This document shows positions 35,951 to 46,725 of a stretch of 64,000 nt of DNA, in pieces. Position 1 is the first letter of the stretch. Every line of letters begins with the position of its first letter. Position numbers and translations under genes: made by a program. The notes below the pieces were generated by a model. That model had not been told where the DNA came from. It saw nothing but the letters and a program-made list of their open reading frames with translations, and did not search any database. The stretch is from Candidatus Sumerlaeia bacterium (GTDB lineage: Bacteria; Sumerlaeota; Sumerlaeia; SLMS01; JANRJK01). The DNA lies in contig JANRJK010000008.1 of assembly GCA_033764015.1 (NCBI GenBank), positions 1 through 64,000 on the forward strand. The letters run 5' to 3'.

Positions 35951-36735
35951 CGCCTCAGGAACCCCGCGATCCGCTGCCAGAATGTCCGCGACACCACATC
36001 CTCCTCCAACTCGCCGGTCCGGCGCTGTTCCTTCGGGGCGATTTCCTTGGCGTGGCGGGCCGCCTCGCGCGCGCGCTCGGTGAAGTTCAGCTCCGCCAGC
36101 GCCTTCGCGTACAACTGCCACGTGTGGTAGTGCCGCAAGTTGCGCTGCGCCGCCTTGCCCAAGTAGTCCGCTGCCGCGCTGAACTTCCGCAGCCGGAAGC
36201 ACACCATGCCCGCCTCGAGGGGCGTGCGCCAGTCCTCCGGGCCCGCCAGCTCCAGCGCCTTGTCGAAGCAGAACGTCGCATTCGCGTTGTTCGCGAGCAG
36301 CAAAACCTCGCCGCGCCCAAGCCATGCCAGCGGCGAGCCCCCGCGCGACATCGCGTAGTCGCTGATCCCCATCGCGCGCTTCGTGTCGCCCACGTACGCG
36401 ACCACCCGTGCCCGCTGCGACAGCAGCGTCGGCTCCTCCGGAAACTGCTCCAGCGCGCGGTTCGACCACACATCGCCCTCGCGGTACTGCTTCATCGCGA
36501 GCAGCGCGTTCACCTGCCCCGACCACGGCGCGAGCTGCGTCGAGTCCGCCTGCAACGCCCGCGAATAGAGCCGCAGCGCCCCGCGCGGATCGCCGCCGAA
36601 GTACGCGTCGTCCGCCTGCGCCAGCAGCGAGCCGTACTGCGACTCCTGCTCGGCCTCCGCCGGTTGCGACGGCGCCGCCACCGGCGCCTCTGCAGGCGCC
36701 CCCGGATGGCGTTCGAGTTTCTGGAAACGGCTCAT
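35947..36735 (-). CDS. TPR protein
   Basis: From MSRFQKLE; ALRLYSRALQAD, RALEQFP, FDKALELAGP repeats; ATGA overlap with aldolase. Confidence 0.8.
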   Translation of the reverse strand: MSRFQKLERHPGAPAEAPVAAPSQPAEAEQESQYGSLLAQADDAYFGGDPRGALRLYSRALQADSTQLAPWSGQVNALLAMKQYREGDVWSNRALEQFPEEPTLLSQRARVVAYVGDTKRAMGISDYAMSRGGSPLAWLGRGEVLLLANNANATFCFDKALELAGPEDWRTPLEAGMVCFRLRKFSAAADYLGKAAQRNLRHYHTWQLYAKALAELNFTERAREAARHAKEIAPKEQRRTGELEEDVVSRTFWQRIAGFLRR

Positions 36736-36784
36736 GCGGCGCGGCGCACCTCGCGTCGGATGCTGCCCTCGCGCCACCCCGCGA

Positions 36785-37681
36785 TCAAGCGCCAACGGGG
36801 GGCAAATCTGCTCCAGTCACTTCCGACTCGCCGCGCGGACGCAACGGCTGCCACCACGGCCAGCCGGCAAACGGGTCCGGCTCGCCGGCCGCAGCGGAAA
36901 TGTAGGCCGAGAAGGAGGCGTCGATGACCGCCCCAATGTCCGGCTGCTTGCTGAGCCAATTGCCAATCGACGACTCGGTTGCCTTCACGACCGGGTGCTC
37001 AACCCCGGCGATCCTCGCCGCCTCGACCTGCCAACGGGCGGCAACAACGCAGTCCATCTTTGAAGGACGGACCGCGCCAGCATTCATCCCAAGCTGGATG
37101 GCCGGGCACAGAGCCGCCAAGCCCACCTGCAAGAACTCGAAGATTGTCGACCCGACCATCCCCCCGCTAGGCGCGGCGAAGTCGGCAATCATCGCAACCA
37201 TCATCCAAGAGAGCGCCAATCCCGCCATGCCCCCCCAGATCGCACCGCTTTCAACCCGCGCCCGGCCAATCACCTCCCGTCCCGTCAGCCCCGCCGCATG
37301 GAGCTGGATCAGCACCGGATCCGGGGGCAGGCCTTTCTTCGTCAAGTCGCCCAGGCGCAAGCGCTTCGGCTGCCCATCCCCGATGCTTCCCCGCGACGCG
37401 AATCCCCACGATCTCCAAAACCTCCCACCATCGGAGAAGGCGCTTATCAGCTGGAAGAGCATGAGCGCGGGGAAAAGAAACCTGTGGAACGTCGGGTGGG
37501 CGACAAACTGCAGTGCGAGGAGCGCGAAAACCACAGGGATCGCAACCCCCGCCGCAAACCACCACCAACGCCCCCGGCTTCGCTGCCACGAAACGTAGGA
37601 ATCCAGAAAGGGCGACTCGCCCTCAGGAGGAAGTCCCTGCAGCCGCCGCCACCCCCGACTCAGCACTCCCACAACCCGCAC
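36785..37681 (-). CDS. Hypothetical membrane protein
   Basis: 298-aa ORF with about 4 hydrophobic segments; composition looks less GC-biased than neighbours. Confidence 0.55.
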   Translation of the reverse strand: MRVVGVLSRGWRRLQGLPPEGESPFLDSYVSWQRSRGRWWWFAAGVAIPVVFALLALQFVAHPTFHRFLFPALMLFQLISAFSDGGRFWRSWGFASRGSIGDGQPKRLRLGDLTKKGLPPDPVLIQLHAAGLTGREVIGRARVESGAIWGGMAGLALSWMMVAMIADFAAPSGGMVGSTIFEFLQVGLAALCPAIQLGMNAGAVRPSKMDCVVAARWQVEAARIAGVEHPVVKATESSIGNWLSKQPDIGAVIDASFSAYISAAAGEPDPFAGWPWWQPLRPRGESEVTGADLPPVGA

Positions 37682-37769
37682 TCCGCAATCGCGAAGCCCA
37701 CCGCAGGCAGCGGCGAGACAAACGCATCAAGATCATGCATCGGAACCATTTCAGGCACTGGGGGTCAAC

Positions 37770-37846
37770 TGGTCGGGGTGGTGGGACTCGAACCCCGACC
37801 CCCCCGCCCCGAAAGCAGCTGCGCCAGCCAACTGCGCAAAATCCCG
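37770..37846 (-). pseudogene. Degenerate tRNA-Pro-like gene (pseudo-tRNA)
   Basis: Minus strand CGGGATTTTGCGCAGTTGGCTGGCGCAGCTGCTTTCGGGGCGGGGGGGTCGGGGTTCGAGTCCCACCACCCCGACCA: 77 nt, GCGC/GCGC D-stem, GTTCGA T-loop, CCGACCA end typical of tRNA-Pro, but mismatches in acceptor, anticodon and T stems. Confidence 0.72.
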
Positions 37847-38053
37847 GCGAGAAGTGCCACTGCCCGCGCGCGCGCTCCTCGGCAAGCGGAACGTTCCGCA
37901 TGCGCAAGGGGGGCCACCCCAGAAGGCTCGGCTTGTCACTCCGCGCCGATGCTCGAAGACTGTAGGTTGAGCTTCACCGAGCGACAGCATCACGGACGCC
38001 GACCTCATGGACATCGCCGCCCTCCGCCGCATCCACCGGATCGAGCCCCGGCG

Positions 38054-38275
38054 GTGAAGACGCACGACGGACGCTACTTCATGCCCCCGCTCCCGGAATG
38101 GGAGTACGGCACTTGGGAAGGGGCGGAGTACGCCAACCTGCGCGACGCCGCCGCGAAGACGTTCCCGGAGCGCCTTGATGCGGTGGAGGAAATGGGGCGC
38201 CTCGCCGAGGAGTTCCGCGAGGCGCGCGAAGCGCCAGCCCCGCCGCCACCGCCGGAGGAGCCGAGTCCCTCCTGA
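38054..38275 (+). CDS. Small hypothetical protein (antitoxin-like, weak)
   Basis: GTG 38054 or ATG 38081; WEYGTWEGAEYANLR...TFPERLDAVEEM helical small protein. Confidence 0.5.
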   Translation: MKTHDGRYFMPPLPEWEYGTWEGAEYANLRDAAAKTFPERLDAVEEMGRLAEEFREAREAPAPPPPPEEPSPS

Positions 38276-38309
38276 CTTCGCGCATCGCCCATCGCTTCCG
38301 CGAGCCCCC

Positions 38310-39248
38310 CTACCTCTTGCGCTTCTTCCTCGGCTGCTTGATGCCGAAATCGAGCAGGTCGCGCTCGTTCTTGCGCCAGTTCTTCCGCACCTTCACCCAC
38401 AACTCTAGGAACACCGGCGCCTGGCAGATCCGCTCGATCGACTGGCGCGCGGCGGTCGAGAGCTTCTTCAGCGTCCCGCCTCCGTCGCCGATCAGGATGC
38501 CCTTCTGGCTGTCGCGCTCGACATAGACTGTCGCGCGGATCACCCACTTGCGTGGCGGCTCGTTCTCCTCGAAGTCGTCGATCTTCACCGCCACCGCGTA
38601 GGGCAGCTCCTGCTGAAGGAAGAGGAACGCCTTCTCCCGGATCGCCTCCGCGGCGAGGTCGCGCAGCTGCGCGTCGACGAACATCTCGGGGTCGTACAGC
38701 ATCGGCCCTTCCGGCATCCGGGAGCGGACCTCCGCCATCAGCCCGGGCAGCCCGGCGCCCGACTTCGCGCTGACGCCGAGCACGCGCGCGTAGGCGCTGC
38801 GTTCGATGCCCGGCAGCTCTCCCGCCTGGCAGCCGGCGTCCACGCGCTCGTTCTTGCCGTCCAGCTTCGTCAAAACTAGGAGCCGCGGCGCGGGCGACGC
38901 CGCGAGCGCGCGCCGCACCGCCTCGTTCATCGGCTCGTGGTCCGCCACGTCGACCAGGTGGACGATCAGGTCGACGCCATCCAGCCCGTAGGAGATGTTG
39001 TCCGAAAGCGCCGTGTTGAGCGGATCGTTCGGGTCCACCGCGCCGGGCAGATCGACCAGCACCACCTGCGAGGTGTCGTCCGTGAGGATCCCCGCGAGGC
39101 GTGTGCGCGTCGTCTGCGGCTTCGCCGAAACCGCGGCGACCTGCTCGCCGACCAGGGCGTTCAACAGCGTCGACTTCCCGGCGTTGGGCTTGCCGACGAA
39201 CGCGGCGAACCCGGAGCGGAATCCCGCCGCCGTCGGTGTTTCACTCAT
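38310..39248 (-). CDS. era: GTPase Era
   Basis: RSGFAAFVGKPNAGKSTL, KPQTTR, DLPG, TKLD, KH domain ELPY..VERDSQKGILIG, LELWVKVRKNW. Confidence 0.96.
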   Translation of the reverse strand: MSETPTAAGFRSGFAAFVGKPNAGKSTLLNALVGEQVAAVSAKPQTTRTRLAGILTDDTSQVVLVDLPGAVDPNDPLNTALSDNISYGLDGVDLIVHLVDVADHEPMNEAVRRALAASPAPRLLVLTKLDGKNERVDAGCQAGELPGIERSAYARVLGVSAKSGAGLPGLMAEVRSRMPEGPMLYDPEMFVDAQLRDLAAEAIREKAFLFLQQELPYAVAVKIDDFEENEPPRKWVIRATVYVERDSQKGILIGDGGGTLKKLSTAARQSIERICQAPVFLELWVKVRKNWRKNERDLLDFGIKQPRKKRKR

Positions 39249-39720
39249 TGCCAGCCTCCCAGGCCATCTCGGCGAACGCGCGCGCGGCGGGCAGCTTGAG
39301 CAGGCGCCGCTGCTCCGCCCACATCGCCTTCTTGCGCTCCGCGGTGTCGTGGTCGTGGCCGAGCAGATGCAGCAGCCCGTGAACGAGCAGCAGCGCCATT
39401 TCCTCCGGCGCGCTCTTCTCCGCCTCCACCGCCTGCCGCGCGGCGAACGGCACGCAAAGCGCCAAATCGCCGAGGTACTCGCGCGGCCCTTCTCCCGACG
39501 GAAAACTCAGGACATCGGTCGCGCGGTCCTCGCCGAACCAATCGCGCTTGAGCTGGCGGATGCGCGCCTCGCCACAGAAGAGCATGCTCACCTGCGCCTC
39601 AGGCTGGCCCAGCGCGTCGAGCCCCTCCGCGAGCAGCGCGCGCGCCGCCTTCGCGAGCGGTGCCCGGCGGCGGACGCCGGCGCGCTCGAAGCGGACGGGG
39701 AAGCGCTCCGGCCCCGTCAC
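39241..39720 (-). CDS. ybeY: rRNA maturation endoribonuclease YbeY
   Basis: [26 protein letters not shown] start overlaps upstream stop. Confidence 0.92.
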   Translation of the reverse strand: MTGPERFPVRFERAGVRRRAPLAKAARALLAEGLDALGQPEAQVSMLFCGEARIRQLKRDWFGEDRATDVLSFPSGEGPREYLGDLALCVPFAARQAVEAEKSAPEEMALLLVHGLLHLLGHDHDTAERKKAMWAEQRRLLKLPAARAFAEMAWEAGNE

Positions 39721-40637
39721 GAGCCGCCGCCCTGCAATACCCGAAGCCGTTCGAATAGTTCGCGCTCCGCCGCCGTGAGCGTCTTCGGCACCTGCACCAT
39801 CACTTGGTAATAGAAATCCCCCGTGGCGCCGGCCCTGTCCGACAGGCCCTTGCCGCGAACGCGGATGCGGCGTCCGCTGCTGCTCCCCGGCGGGATGCCA
39901 AGCGTCACCGATTCGCCGTCCGGCGTCGTCACGGGCAGCGAGGCGCCCAGCGCCGCGTCCGCCGCGCCGACAGGCAGATCGGCCACAACGTCCAGACCCT
40001 CCACGCGGTAGCGGCCCGAGACCGCCTTCACGCGCAAGTGCACGTCGCCACCGCCGGGCGCCTGCCCTGCGAGGCGGATCACCTTTCCCAAGCCGATTCG
40101 CTTCGGGATGCGCACCTCGAAGGTCCGCGTACCGCCGGATCCCTGCAGCCCGATCGACATCGTGCCCCCTTCCAGGATCACCTCGGCGGGCACCTCCAGG
40201 TCGGTTTCGACGTGCGAGGGCGCCTCCTCCTCTTCGTGGAAGCCGCCATTGAATGGCGACGGCCCCCCGCGGAACCCGGCGCGGCCGCCGAAAAGCGATT
40301 CGAAGAACTCGCTGAAGTTCGCACCGCCCATCCCGCCCACATTGACGCGGCCGCCGCCGGGCATGCCGCCCCCGGCCCACCCCGGCGGGGGATTGAAGTC
40401 CTGCCCAGCCTTCCAGTTCGGGCCGAGCTGGTCATAGGCGGCGCGCTTCTTCCCGTCCTTCAAGACCTCGTAGGCCTCATTGATTTCCTTCAGCTTGTCC
40501 TCGGCCTTCGGGTCGCTCTTGTTCACGTCCGGGTGGAACTTGCGCGCGAGCGTCCGATACGCCTTGCGGATCGTCGCGGCATCGGCGTCGCGCGGAACGC
40601 CGAGCATCTGGTAATAGTCCCGGTAATGGACGGCCAT
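39717..40637 (-). CDS. DnaJ class B / CbpA-like chaperone
   Basis: [13 protein letters not shown]-rich [12 protein letters not shown]-terminal DnaJ_C, no zinc finger. Confidence 0.92.
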   Translation of the reverse strand: MAVHYRDYYQMLGVPRDADAATIRKAYRTLARKFHPDVNKSDPKAEDKLKEINEAYEVLKDGKKRAAYDQLGPNWKAGQDFNPPPGWAGGGMPGGGRVNVGGMGGANFSEFFESLFGGRAGFRGGPSPFNGGFHEEEEAPSHVETDLEVPAEVILEGGTMSIGLQGSGGTRTFEVRIPKRIGLGKVIRLAGQAPGGGDVHLRVKAVSGRYRVEGLDVVADLPVGAADAALGASLPVTTPDGESVTLGIPPGSSSGRRIRVRGKGLSDRAGATGDFYYQVMVQVPKTLTAAERELFERLRVLQGGGS

Positions 40638-40739
40638 CGAGGAATCCTAGTCTGCGAACCGCATGGGGCCCACTGGCCCATCAGGGGTTAGGCAATCGCC
40701 GCGCCCGCTTGAAAGGGCGCTTCCCCCCTCCGCCGTGGG

Positions 40740-42308
40740 TCAATCGGCGTCACTGCGTTCCGGTACCGGCGCGCCGTGCGCCGGTGCGGCGCGACGGATC
40801 CCGCGCAAGAGCGCGGCGAAGGTGATGAACGCCGCCGCCCCGAACCCGGCCCAAAGCGCCCGCGACGCCCCGAACGGCGCCTCCGCATCCGCCACCCGCA
40901 CCACCCATGGGAAGAAGTACCACTGGTGCAGGCGCGGCGGCATCTCCTCGAACCAGAGTTCCGAGCCGGCGAACGTTCCGGAAGCCACTGCCAGCACACT
41001 CTGCAACCGCCACCAAATCCGCGACGTCCCGTCCCAGTAGTCGAGGTCTTGCAGCGTCTCCAGCGGGAACGGCAGCAGCAGCGACAACACCTGCACGCAG
41101 AACGCCGTGGCGAGCAGCACCCCCGCCGCGATCCGCCGAGGGCTCGGCCAAGCGCACCAACAGCTCGCCAGCCACGCCGCCCCGAGCAATAAGACAAGGT
41201 GCAGCGGGGGAGTGAGGAACCGGGCTCCCCAGGACGCCTCGCCCGCCCAGGTGTACCAGCGCGCGTAGAAGAGCTGGTACGCCAGCAGCAGCACCAGACC
41301 CGCGGCCAAGGCACGGCGCGGGGCTCCTCCTGTGGAAGCCTTGCGCCAAGCCAGTGCCGCAGCGGGCGCGAGCAGCAAGAGCGGATCGAACAGGATCAGC
41401 GCCTTGTCGGGACTCAGCCAAGGCCCGAGGAAGCCCTCCCAGAAGGGCGTCGAGAATGGGAAGCTCCCGGGGAGCGCCGGGTTCGCGCGGCGGAACTCGC
41501 GCGCAAGCAGGTCCATGTAGGTGCCGCCGATATCGCCAAAGCGCAGGTACTGGTAAAGCCGCTCCACTGCGAGGAACGGCAGCCATCCGGCTGCCCCGAA
41601 CGCGAGGCCGCGGCCCACGAAACCCGCTCCGCGGGTCCATGCGAGCGCCAAACCGAGCCCCGCCAGCACCGCCAAGTCGAACACCGCCGGAAGCCGGACC
41701 AGCAGCGCGAACCCCAGGCAGGCGCCCGCCAGCGCCGCCCATCGGCCCCCATCGCCGCGCGACCAGCGCAGCACCCCCGCCGCCGCGCCGCAGAGCAGCC
41801 CGAGCAACAGCATGTTCTCCTGGTCCACCTGCAGGTAGTGCAGCTGGCTTGTGCAAAGCAGGCAGACCATGACGGCGGCGCCGGCATGGGCAGGGCGGAA
41901 GTCGAGCACCCGCAACAGCCCGAACATCGCCAACGCGCAACACGCGTTGAGCAGTGGAAACGTCAGCAGCGAAACGAACAGCACGTGCCGCACGGTGGTT
42001 CGCAGCGACTTCCACGGCGACGGCCAGATCAGGGAACTTGCGACGTCGGCGGGCAGCATCACGAGGCTCTGCCCGAGCCCGTACCACGCGTGCACCTCAC
42101 CGATGTCGGTCTTGAGCCCGAAGCGGGGATAGTCTTGTGGCAACACTGGCGGCTGGTCTGTCCACAGAGACCGGGTGACCTTTAGCCGCTGGATCGTATC
42201 GATCCCGCCGAGGTCGCCCGACTTGACGAAGGCCGACAGGAACAGCGCGAAAAGGAACAAAAGCGCCGCGAGCCGCCGGTCGCGACGGCGATCCTCAGAC
42301 GGGCACAT
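40740..42308 (-). CDS. Multi-pass membrane protein, probable GT-C fold glycosyltransferase
   Basis: Early Asp loop (GGIDT), WYGLGQSL, WAGEASWGARFL; many TM segments. Confidence 0.65.
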   Translation of the reverse strand: MCPSEDRRRDRRLAALLFLFALFLSAFVKSGDLGGIDTIQRLKVTRSLWTDQPPVLPQDYPRFGLKTDIGEVHAWYGLGQSLVMLPADVASSLIWPSPWKSLRTTVRHVLFVSLLTFPLLNACCALAMFGLLRVLDFRPAHAGAAVMVCLLCTSQLHYLQVDQENMLLLGLLCGAAAGVLRWSRGDGGRWAALAGACLGFALLVRLPAVFDLAVLAGLGLALAWTRGAGFVGRGLAFGAAGWLPFLAVERLYQYLRFGDIGGTYMDLLAREFRRANPALPGSFPFSTPFWEGFLGPWLSPDKALILFDPLLLLAPAAALAWRKASTGGAPRRALAAGLVLLLAYQLFYARWYTWAGEASWGARFLTPPLHLVLLLGAAWLASCWCAWPSPRRIAAGVLLATAFCVQVLSLLLPFPLETLQDLDYWDGTSRIWWRLQSVLAVASGTFAGSELWFEEMPPRLHQWYFFPWVVRVADAEAPFGASRALWAGFGAAAFITFAALLRGIRRAAPAHGAPVPERSDAD

Positions 42309-43236
42309 CGACCCGCTGGAGCACCTCGCGCACGGCTTCCACCTCTTCCTGCGAGGCGACGCCGCCGCGCTCGAAGCTCTGCGCCACCTGCACGCGGTGC
42401 GCCACCACCGCCACGGCGACCGCTTTGATGTCGTCCGGCGTGACGAAGCGGCGCGCGTCGAGCAGCGCGCGCGCCTGCGCCGCGCGCCGCAGCGCCAGCG
42501 TCCCGCGCGTCGAAAGGCCCAACTCGAACACCGCCGCGGAGCGCGTCGCCTCCGCGATCCGGGTGATGTAGTCCAGAAGGTCGTCGTCCACCTTCACGTC
42601 CATGGCGACCTGCTGCAGTAGTTCCACCTCGGCGATGCTGAGCGCCGGCTTCACGTTCGTCTCCTCCTGCGCCATGCGCTGCTCGCGGAGGATCTGCATT
42701 TCCGCTTCGCGGCTCGGGTAGCCGACGCTGATGCGGACCAGGAAGCGGTCCATCTGCGACTTGGGAAGCGGAAAGGTGCCGTGGAACTCGATCGGATTCT
42801 GCGTCGCCACCACCATGAACGGGTGCGGGAGGCGGTGCGTCTCCCGGTCCATGGAGACTTGGCCCGTGTTCATCGCTTCGAGGAGCGCGGACTGCGTCTT
42901 GGGCGTCGTGCGGTTGATCTCGTCCGCAAGCACCACGTTCGCGAACAAGGGCCCTTCGCGGAACTCGAAGGCGCGCCGTTCCGGGTCGAAGATCGACACG
43001 CCGAGGATGTCGCTCGGGAGCAGGTCGCTGGTGAACTGGATGCGCTGGAAGCTGCCGTCGATGCTGCGAGCGAGCAGCGAGGCGAGTGTCGTCTTCCCGA
43101 CGCCGGGCACGTCTTCCAGGAGCACATGCCCCCGGGCGAGAAGCGCACAGATGCAGAGGTCGACCACTTCGCGCTTGCCGCGCATCACGGAGACGATGTT
43201 CTCGCGCAGCCGCGCGATGAGCTTTTCCGGTTCCAC
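42295..43236 (-). CDS. MoxR family AAA+ ATPase
   Basis: [44 protein letters not shown]; start inferred at GTG 43236. Confidence 0.93.
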   Translation of the reverse strand: MEPEKLIARLRENIVSVMRGKREVVDLCICALLARGHVLLEDVPGVGKTTLASLLARSIDGSFQRIQFTSDLLPSDILGVSIFDPERRAFEFREGPLFANVVLADEINRTTPKTQSALLEAMNTGQVSMDRETHRLPHPFMVVATQNPIEFHGTFPLPKSQMDRFLVRISVGYPSREAEMQILREQRMAQEETNVKPALSIAEVELLQQVAMDVKVDDDLLDYITRIAEATRSAAVFELGLSTRGTLALRRAAQARALLDARRFVTPDDIKAVAVAVVAHRVQVAQSFERGGVASQEEVEAVREVLQRVDVPV

Positions 43237-43337
43237 GTTCGCGAAATCCCCCTGCGGCGCCCCCTGCGGGCGGCAGACGGGAGCGGAGCGAAACCGCGGC
43301 CACGGGGGCAACCACTCGTTTCCCGGTGGAAAGCGTT

Positions 43338-43369
43338 CGGCCCGCCCGGAGTCGCCTCCGGGCGGGCCG
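43338..43369 (-). terminator. 14-bp GC-rich hairpin downstream of fbaB, putative terminator
   Basis: cggcccgcccggag-tcgc-ctccgggcgggccg; weak U-tract. Confidence 0.5.
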
Positions 43370-43399
43370 CCGATGCGCCAGCGGGGGAGCGCCGGGCGC

Positions 43400-44500
43400 T
43401 TACGCCACGGTCACTTCCTTGCACAGGTAGACGTCCTGGATGGCTCGCAGCAGCGCGGCGCCCTCGCCCATCGGGCGCTGGAACGCCTTGCGGCCGCTGA
43501 TGAGGCCCATGCCGCCGGCGCGCTTGTTGACGACCGCGGTGAGCACCGCCTCCGCCAGGTCGCCCTCGCCCGAGCTCGCGCCGCCCGAGTTGATCAGCCC
43601 CGCGCGCCCCATGAAGCAGTTCATCACCTGGTAGCGCGTCAGGTCGATCGGGTGGTCCGTCGTGAGGTCCGTGTAGATCTTCTTCGAGGTCTTGCCGTAG
43701 CTGCTGCCGCCCATGTTGAGGGCGTTGTAGCCGCCGTTGTTGGTCGGAAGCTTCTGCTTGATGATGTCCGCCTGGATCGTGACGCCGAGGTGGTTCGCCT
43801 GCCCGGTGAGGTCCGCCGACGTGTGGTAGTCGGTGCCGTTCACCTTGAACGCGTTGTTGCGGATGTAGCACCACAGGATCGTCGCCATGCCGCGCTCGTG
43901 CGCGTAGGCGAAGGCCTCGGCGATCTCGGTGATCTGCCGGGTGGACTGCTCGCTGCCGTAGTACACCGTCGCGCCGACCGCCACCGCGCCCATGTCCCAG
44001 GCCTGGTCGATGTTGCCGAACAGCACCTGGTCGAACTGGTTCGGGTAAGTGAGCAGTTCGTTGTGGTTGATCTTCACCACGAACGGGATCTTATGCGCGT
44101 ACTTGCGGGCCACCATGCCGAGGACGCCGTAGGTCGAGGCGACGGCGTTGCAGCCGCCTTCGATCGCCAGCTTCACGATGTTCTCCGGGTCGAAGTAGGC
44201 GGGGTTCGGCGCGAAGCTGGAACCGGCGCTGTGCTCGATGCCCTGGTCCACGGGCAGGATGCTGACGTACCCGCTGTTGGCCAGGCGGCCCGTGCCGAGG
44301 ATCGCCTGCAGGCTGCGGAGCACCTGCGGGTTGCGGTCGCTCAGCGCGAAAACCTTGTCCACCGAGTCGGGGCCCGGCAGGTGCAGGTGCGAGGCCGAAA
44401 CCTTCGCCTTGTGGTTGAGCATGTCGCCGGCGCGGTCGCCGAGCAGTTCTTCGATCCGTTCGATGCCGAGTTCGGCGGAGGCCTGCATGAGGGCGCTCAT
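43400..44500 (-). CDS. fbaB: Class I fructose-bisphosphate aldolase (FbaB/DhnA type)
   Basis: [43 protein letters not shown] (Schiff-base Lys), [10 protein letters not shown]. Confidence 0.95.
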   Translation of the reverse strand: MSALMQASAELGIERIEELLGDRAGDMLNHKAKVSASHLHLPGPDSVDKVFALSDRNPQVLRSLQAILGTGRLANSGYVSILPVDQGIEHSAGSSFAPNPAYFDPENIVKLAIEGGCNAVASTYGVLGMVARKYAHKIPFVVKINHNELLTYPNQFDQVLFGNIDQAWDMGAVAVGATVYYGSEQSTRQITEIAEAFAYAHERGMATILWCYIRNNAFKVNGTDYHTSADLTGQANHLGVTIQADIIKQKLPTNNGGYNALNMGGSSYGKTSKKIYTDLTTDHPIDLTRYQVMNCFMGRAGLINSGGASSGEGDLAEAVLTAVVNKRAGGMGLISGRKAFQRPMGEGAALLRAIQDVYLCKEVTVA

Positions 44501-44798
44501 GGGCGGAAAACTCCTTGAGGGTTGGGGGCGGCGCGGCGGAGAAAGATGGGGCAGTTCCGCAATGCGCCAATTCACCCCTGCTTTATACGACTAGACAGTG
44601 CCGACAACGCGGACGCCGCGTCGAGGCTTTTTTGGACCTGCGCGGCGCCTTGGTTGATTCGCCGGACCCCCGGCAGGATACCGCGAAACCGCTTTCCCGT
44701 TGCGCGTCCGCGCTCGCCAAGACTCCGCTGTTGCGCTCCACCAACGCCGCAACGCCTCCCAACGCGAGGCGCCCCGGGGCGACTCCGCGAGGTGACCC

Positions 44799-46709
44799 AT
44801 GGGCCGCGCACAGCCCACCGCAGGCGACCAGGAATCCAAGCGCGCCTTCATGAAGCACGTCCTCAACGACGCGCGCGCCCTCGAAGCCATGATCGCCGAC
44901 GGCATGGTCGAAAACGACCGCCGGCGCATCGGCGTCGAGCAGGAGATGTTCCTCGTCGACGAGAAGATGCGCCCCGCGAACCTCGTCGTCCCGATCCTCA
45001 AGGAACTCGCCGACGACCAGTTCGTCACCGAACTCGGCGCCTTCAACCTCGAAGCGAATTCCGACACCTATGTGTTCGGTGAGGACTGCCTCTCTCGCCT
45101 CGAAGCGGAGCTCCTCGAGAAGGTGGCCCGCGCACGTGCCGCCGCCGCGAAGTTCGGCGGCAACATCGTGCTCGTCGGCAGCCTTCCCACGCTCAAGAAG
45201 AGCGATCTCGGCCTCGACAACATGGCCCCCGTCGAGCGCTACCGCCAGCTCAACGACATCATGTCGGACCTCCGCGGCGAGCCCTACGAGTTCCGCATCA
45301 CCGGCATCGACGAGTTGATCATGGAGCACGACTCGGTGATGACCGAGGCGTGCAACACCAGCTTCCAAGTCCACTTCCAGGTCGGTCCGGCGGAGTTCGC
45401 GGAGCTCTACAACGTCGCCCAGGTTTGCAACGCGCCGCTTATGGCGGCCGCGTGCAACTCGCCGCTCCTCTTCGGCAAGCGCCTCTGGCGCGAGACCCGC
45501 ATCGCCCTCTTCCAGCAATCGATCGACCTGCGCCGCAACGATTCGCCGATGCGCGACCTCCAGCCCCGCGTCACCTTCGGCAGCAGTTGGGTGAAGAAGT
45601 CCGTCATGGAACTGATCCGCGAGGACATCACGCGCTTCAAGGTCCTGATCGCCTCGCACATCGACGAGGACGCCTTCGAGGCGCTGCGCGAAGGCCGCGC
45701 GCCGTCGCTCAAGGCGCTCCGCATGCTCAACGGGACCATCTACCGCTGGAACCGCGCGTGCTACGGCATCACCGAGGGGAAGCCACACCTGCGCATCGAG
45801 AACCGCATCCTCCCCTCCGGCCCGACGGTCGCCGACGAGGTGGCCAACACCGCCTTCTGGTGCGGCCTCATGAGCGCCGTCTCGCGCCATTGGCAGGACG
45901 TGACCCAGGTGATGGACTTCGACGACGCGAAGGCGAACTTCTTCGCCGCCGCGCGCCTCGGCCTCGCGGCCCAGTTCCGATGGCTCGACGGCAAGCTCTA
46001 CCCGGCGCAGAAGCTCATCCTCGACATCGCGCTCCCGCTCGCCAAGGAAGGCCTCAGCAAGAAGGGCATCGCCGAAGCCGACATCAACCGCTACCTCGGC
46101 ATCATCGAGCGCCGCGTCGCAAGCGGCCAGACCGGCGCCGAGTGGCTCCTCAAGAGCTACACCGCGAACCGCTCCAAGGGCCGCCGCTCCGAGCGCCTCG
46201 CCGAGGTCACGAACGCCTACCTCCGCAACCAGACCGACAACCGCCCGGTCCACGAGTGGGACGAGTACTCGATGGAGGAGCCCAGCGTCTACAAGTCCAC
46301 CATGACCACCGTGGACGACTACATGAGCACCGACTTCGTCACGGTCCAAGAGGACGAACTGGTCGACCTCGTCGCCTGCCTGATGGACTGGCACAAGATC
46401 CGGCACGTCCTCGTCGAGAACCAGGACCACGAGCTGGTGGGCCTCGTCTCGCACCGCTGCCTGATCAAGCTCTTCGCGAAGGGCATGGAGGCGCTCTCCG
46501 CCAGGAACCCCTCGGTTTCCGAGATCATGATCCGCAACCTTGTCACCTGCCCGCCGGAGATGAGCACGCTGGATGCCGTCCGCCTGATGTCGAACAACAA
46601 GGTGGGCGCGCTCCCGGTGGTGAAGGATGGACAGCTCGTGGGCCTCATCACGGAGCGCGACCTGATGCCGCTCGCCTCCCAGTTGCTCGAGGAGAAGTTC
46701 GGCGGCTGA
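44799..46709 (+). CDS. Glutamate-cysteine ligase (GCS2)-family domain fused to a CBS pair
   Basis: IGVEQEMFLVD, TELGAFNLE, NTSFQVH, NSPLLFGKRLW.ETRI, HLRIENR; C-terminal CBS pair (LVGLVS, LVGLITERD). Confidence 0.88.
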   Translation: MGRAQPTAGDQESKRAFMKHVLNDARALEAMIADGMVENDRRRIGVEQEMFLVDEKMRPANLVVPILKELADDQFVTELGAFNLEANSDTYVFGEDCLSRLEAELLEKVARARAAAAKFGGNIVLVGSLPTLKKSDLGLDNMAPVERYRQLNDIMSDLRGEPYEFRITGIDELIMEHDSVMTEACNTSFQVHFQVGPAEFAELYNVAQVCNAPLMAAACNSPLLFGKRLWRETRIALFQQSIDLRRNDSPMRDLQPRVTFGSSWVKKSVMELIREDITRFKVLIASHIDEDAFEALREGRAPSLKALRMLNGTIYRWNRACYGITEGKPHLRIENRILPSGPTVADEVANTAFWCGLMSAVSRHWQDVTQVMDFDDAKANFFAAARLGLAAQFRWLDGKLYPAQKLILDIALPLAKEGLSKKGIAEADINRYLGIIERRVASGQTGAEWLLKSYTANRSKGRRSERLAEVTNAYLRNQTDNRPVHEWDEYSMEEPSVYKSTMTTVDDYMSTDFVTVQEDELVDLVACLMDWHKIRHVLVENQDHELVGLVSHRCLIKLFAKGMEALSARNPSVSEIMIRNLVTCPPEMSTLDAVRLMSNNKVGALPVVKDGQLVGLITERDLMPLASQLLEEKFGG

Positions 46710-46725
46710 TCCAGCCGCCCCGACG

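Noticed and set aside
37770..37846. Functional tRNA-Arg(UCG) or tRNA-Pro
   Set aside because: Multiple stem mismatches; treated as a pseudogene
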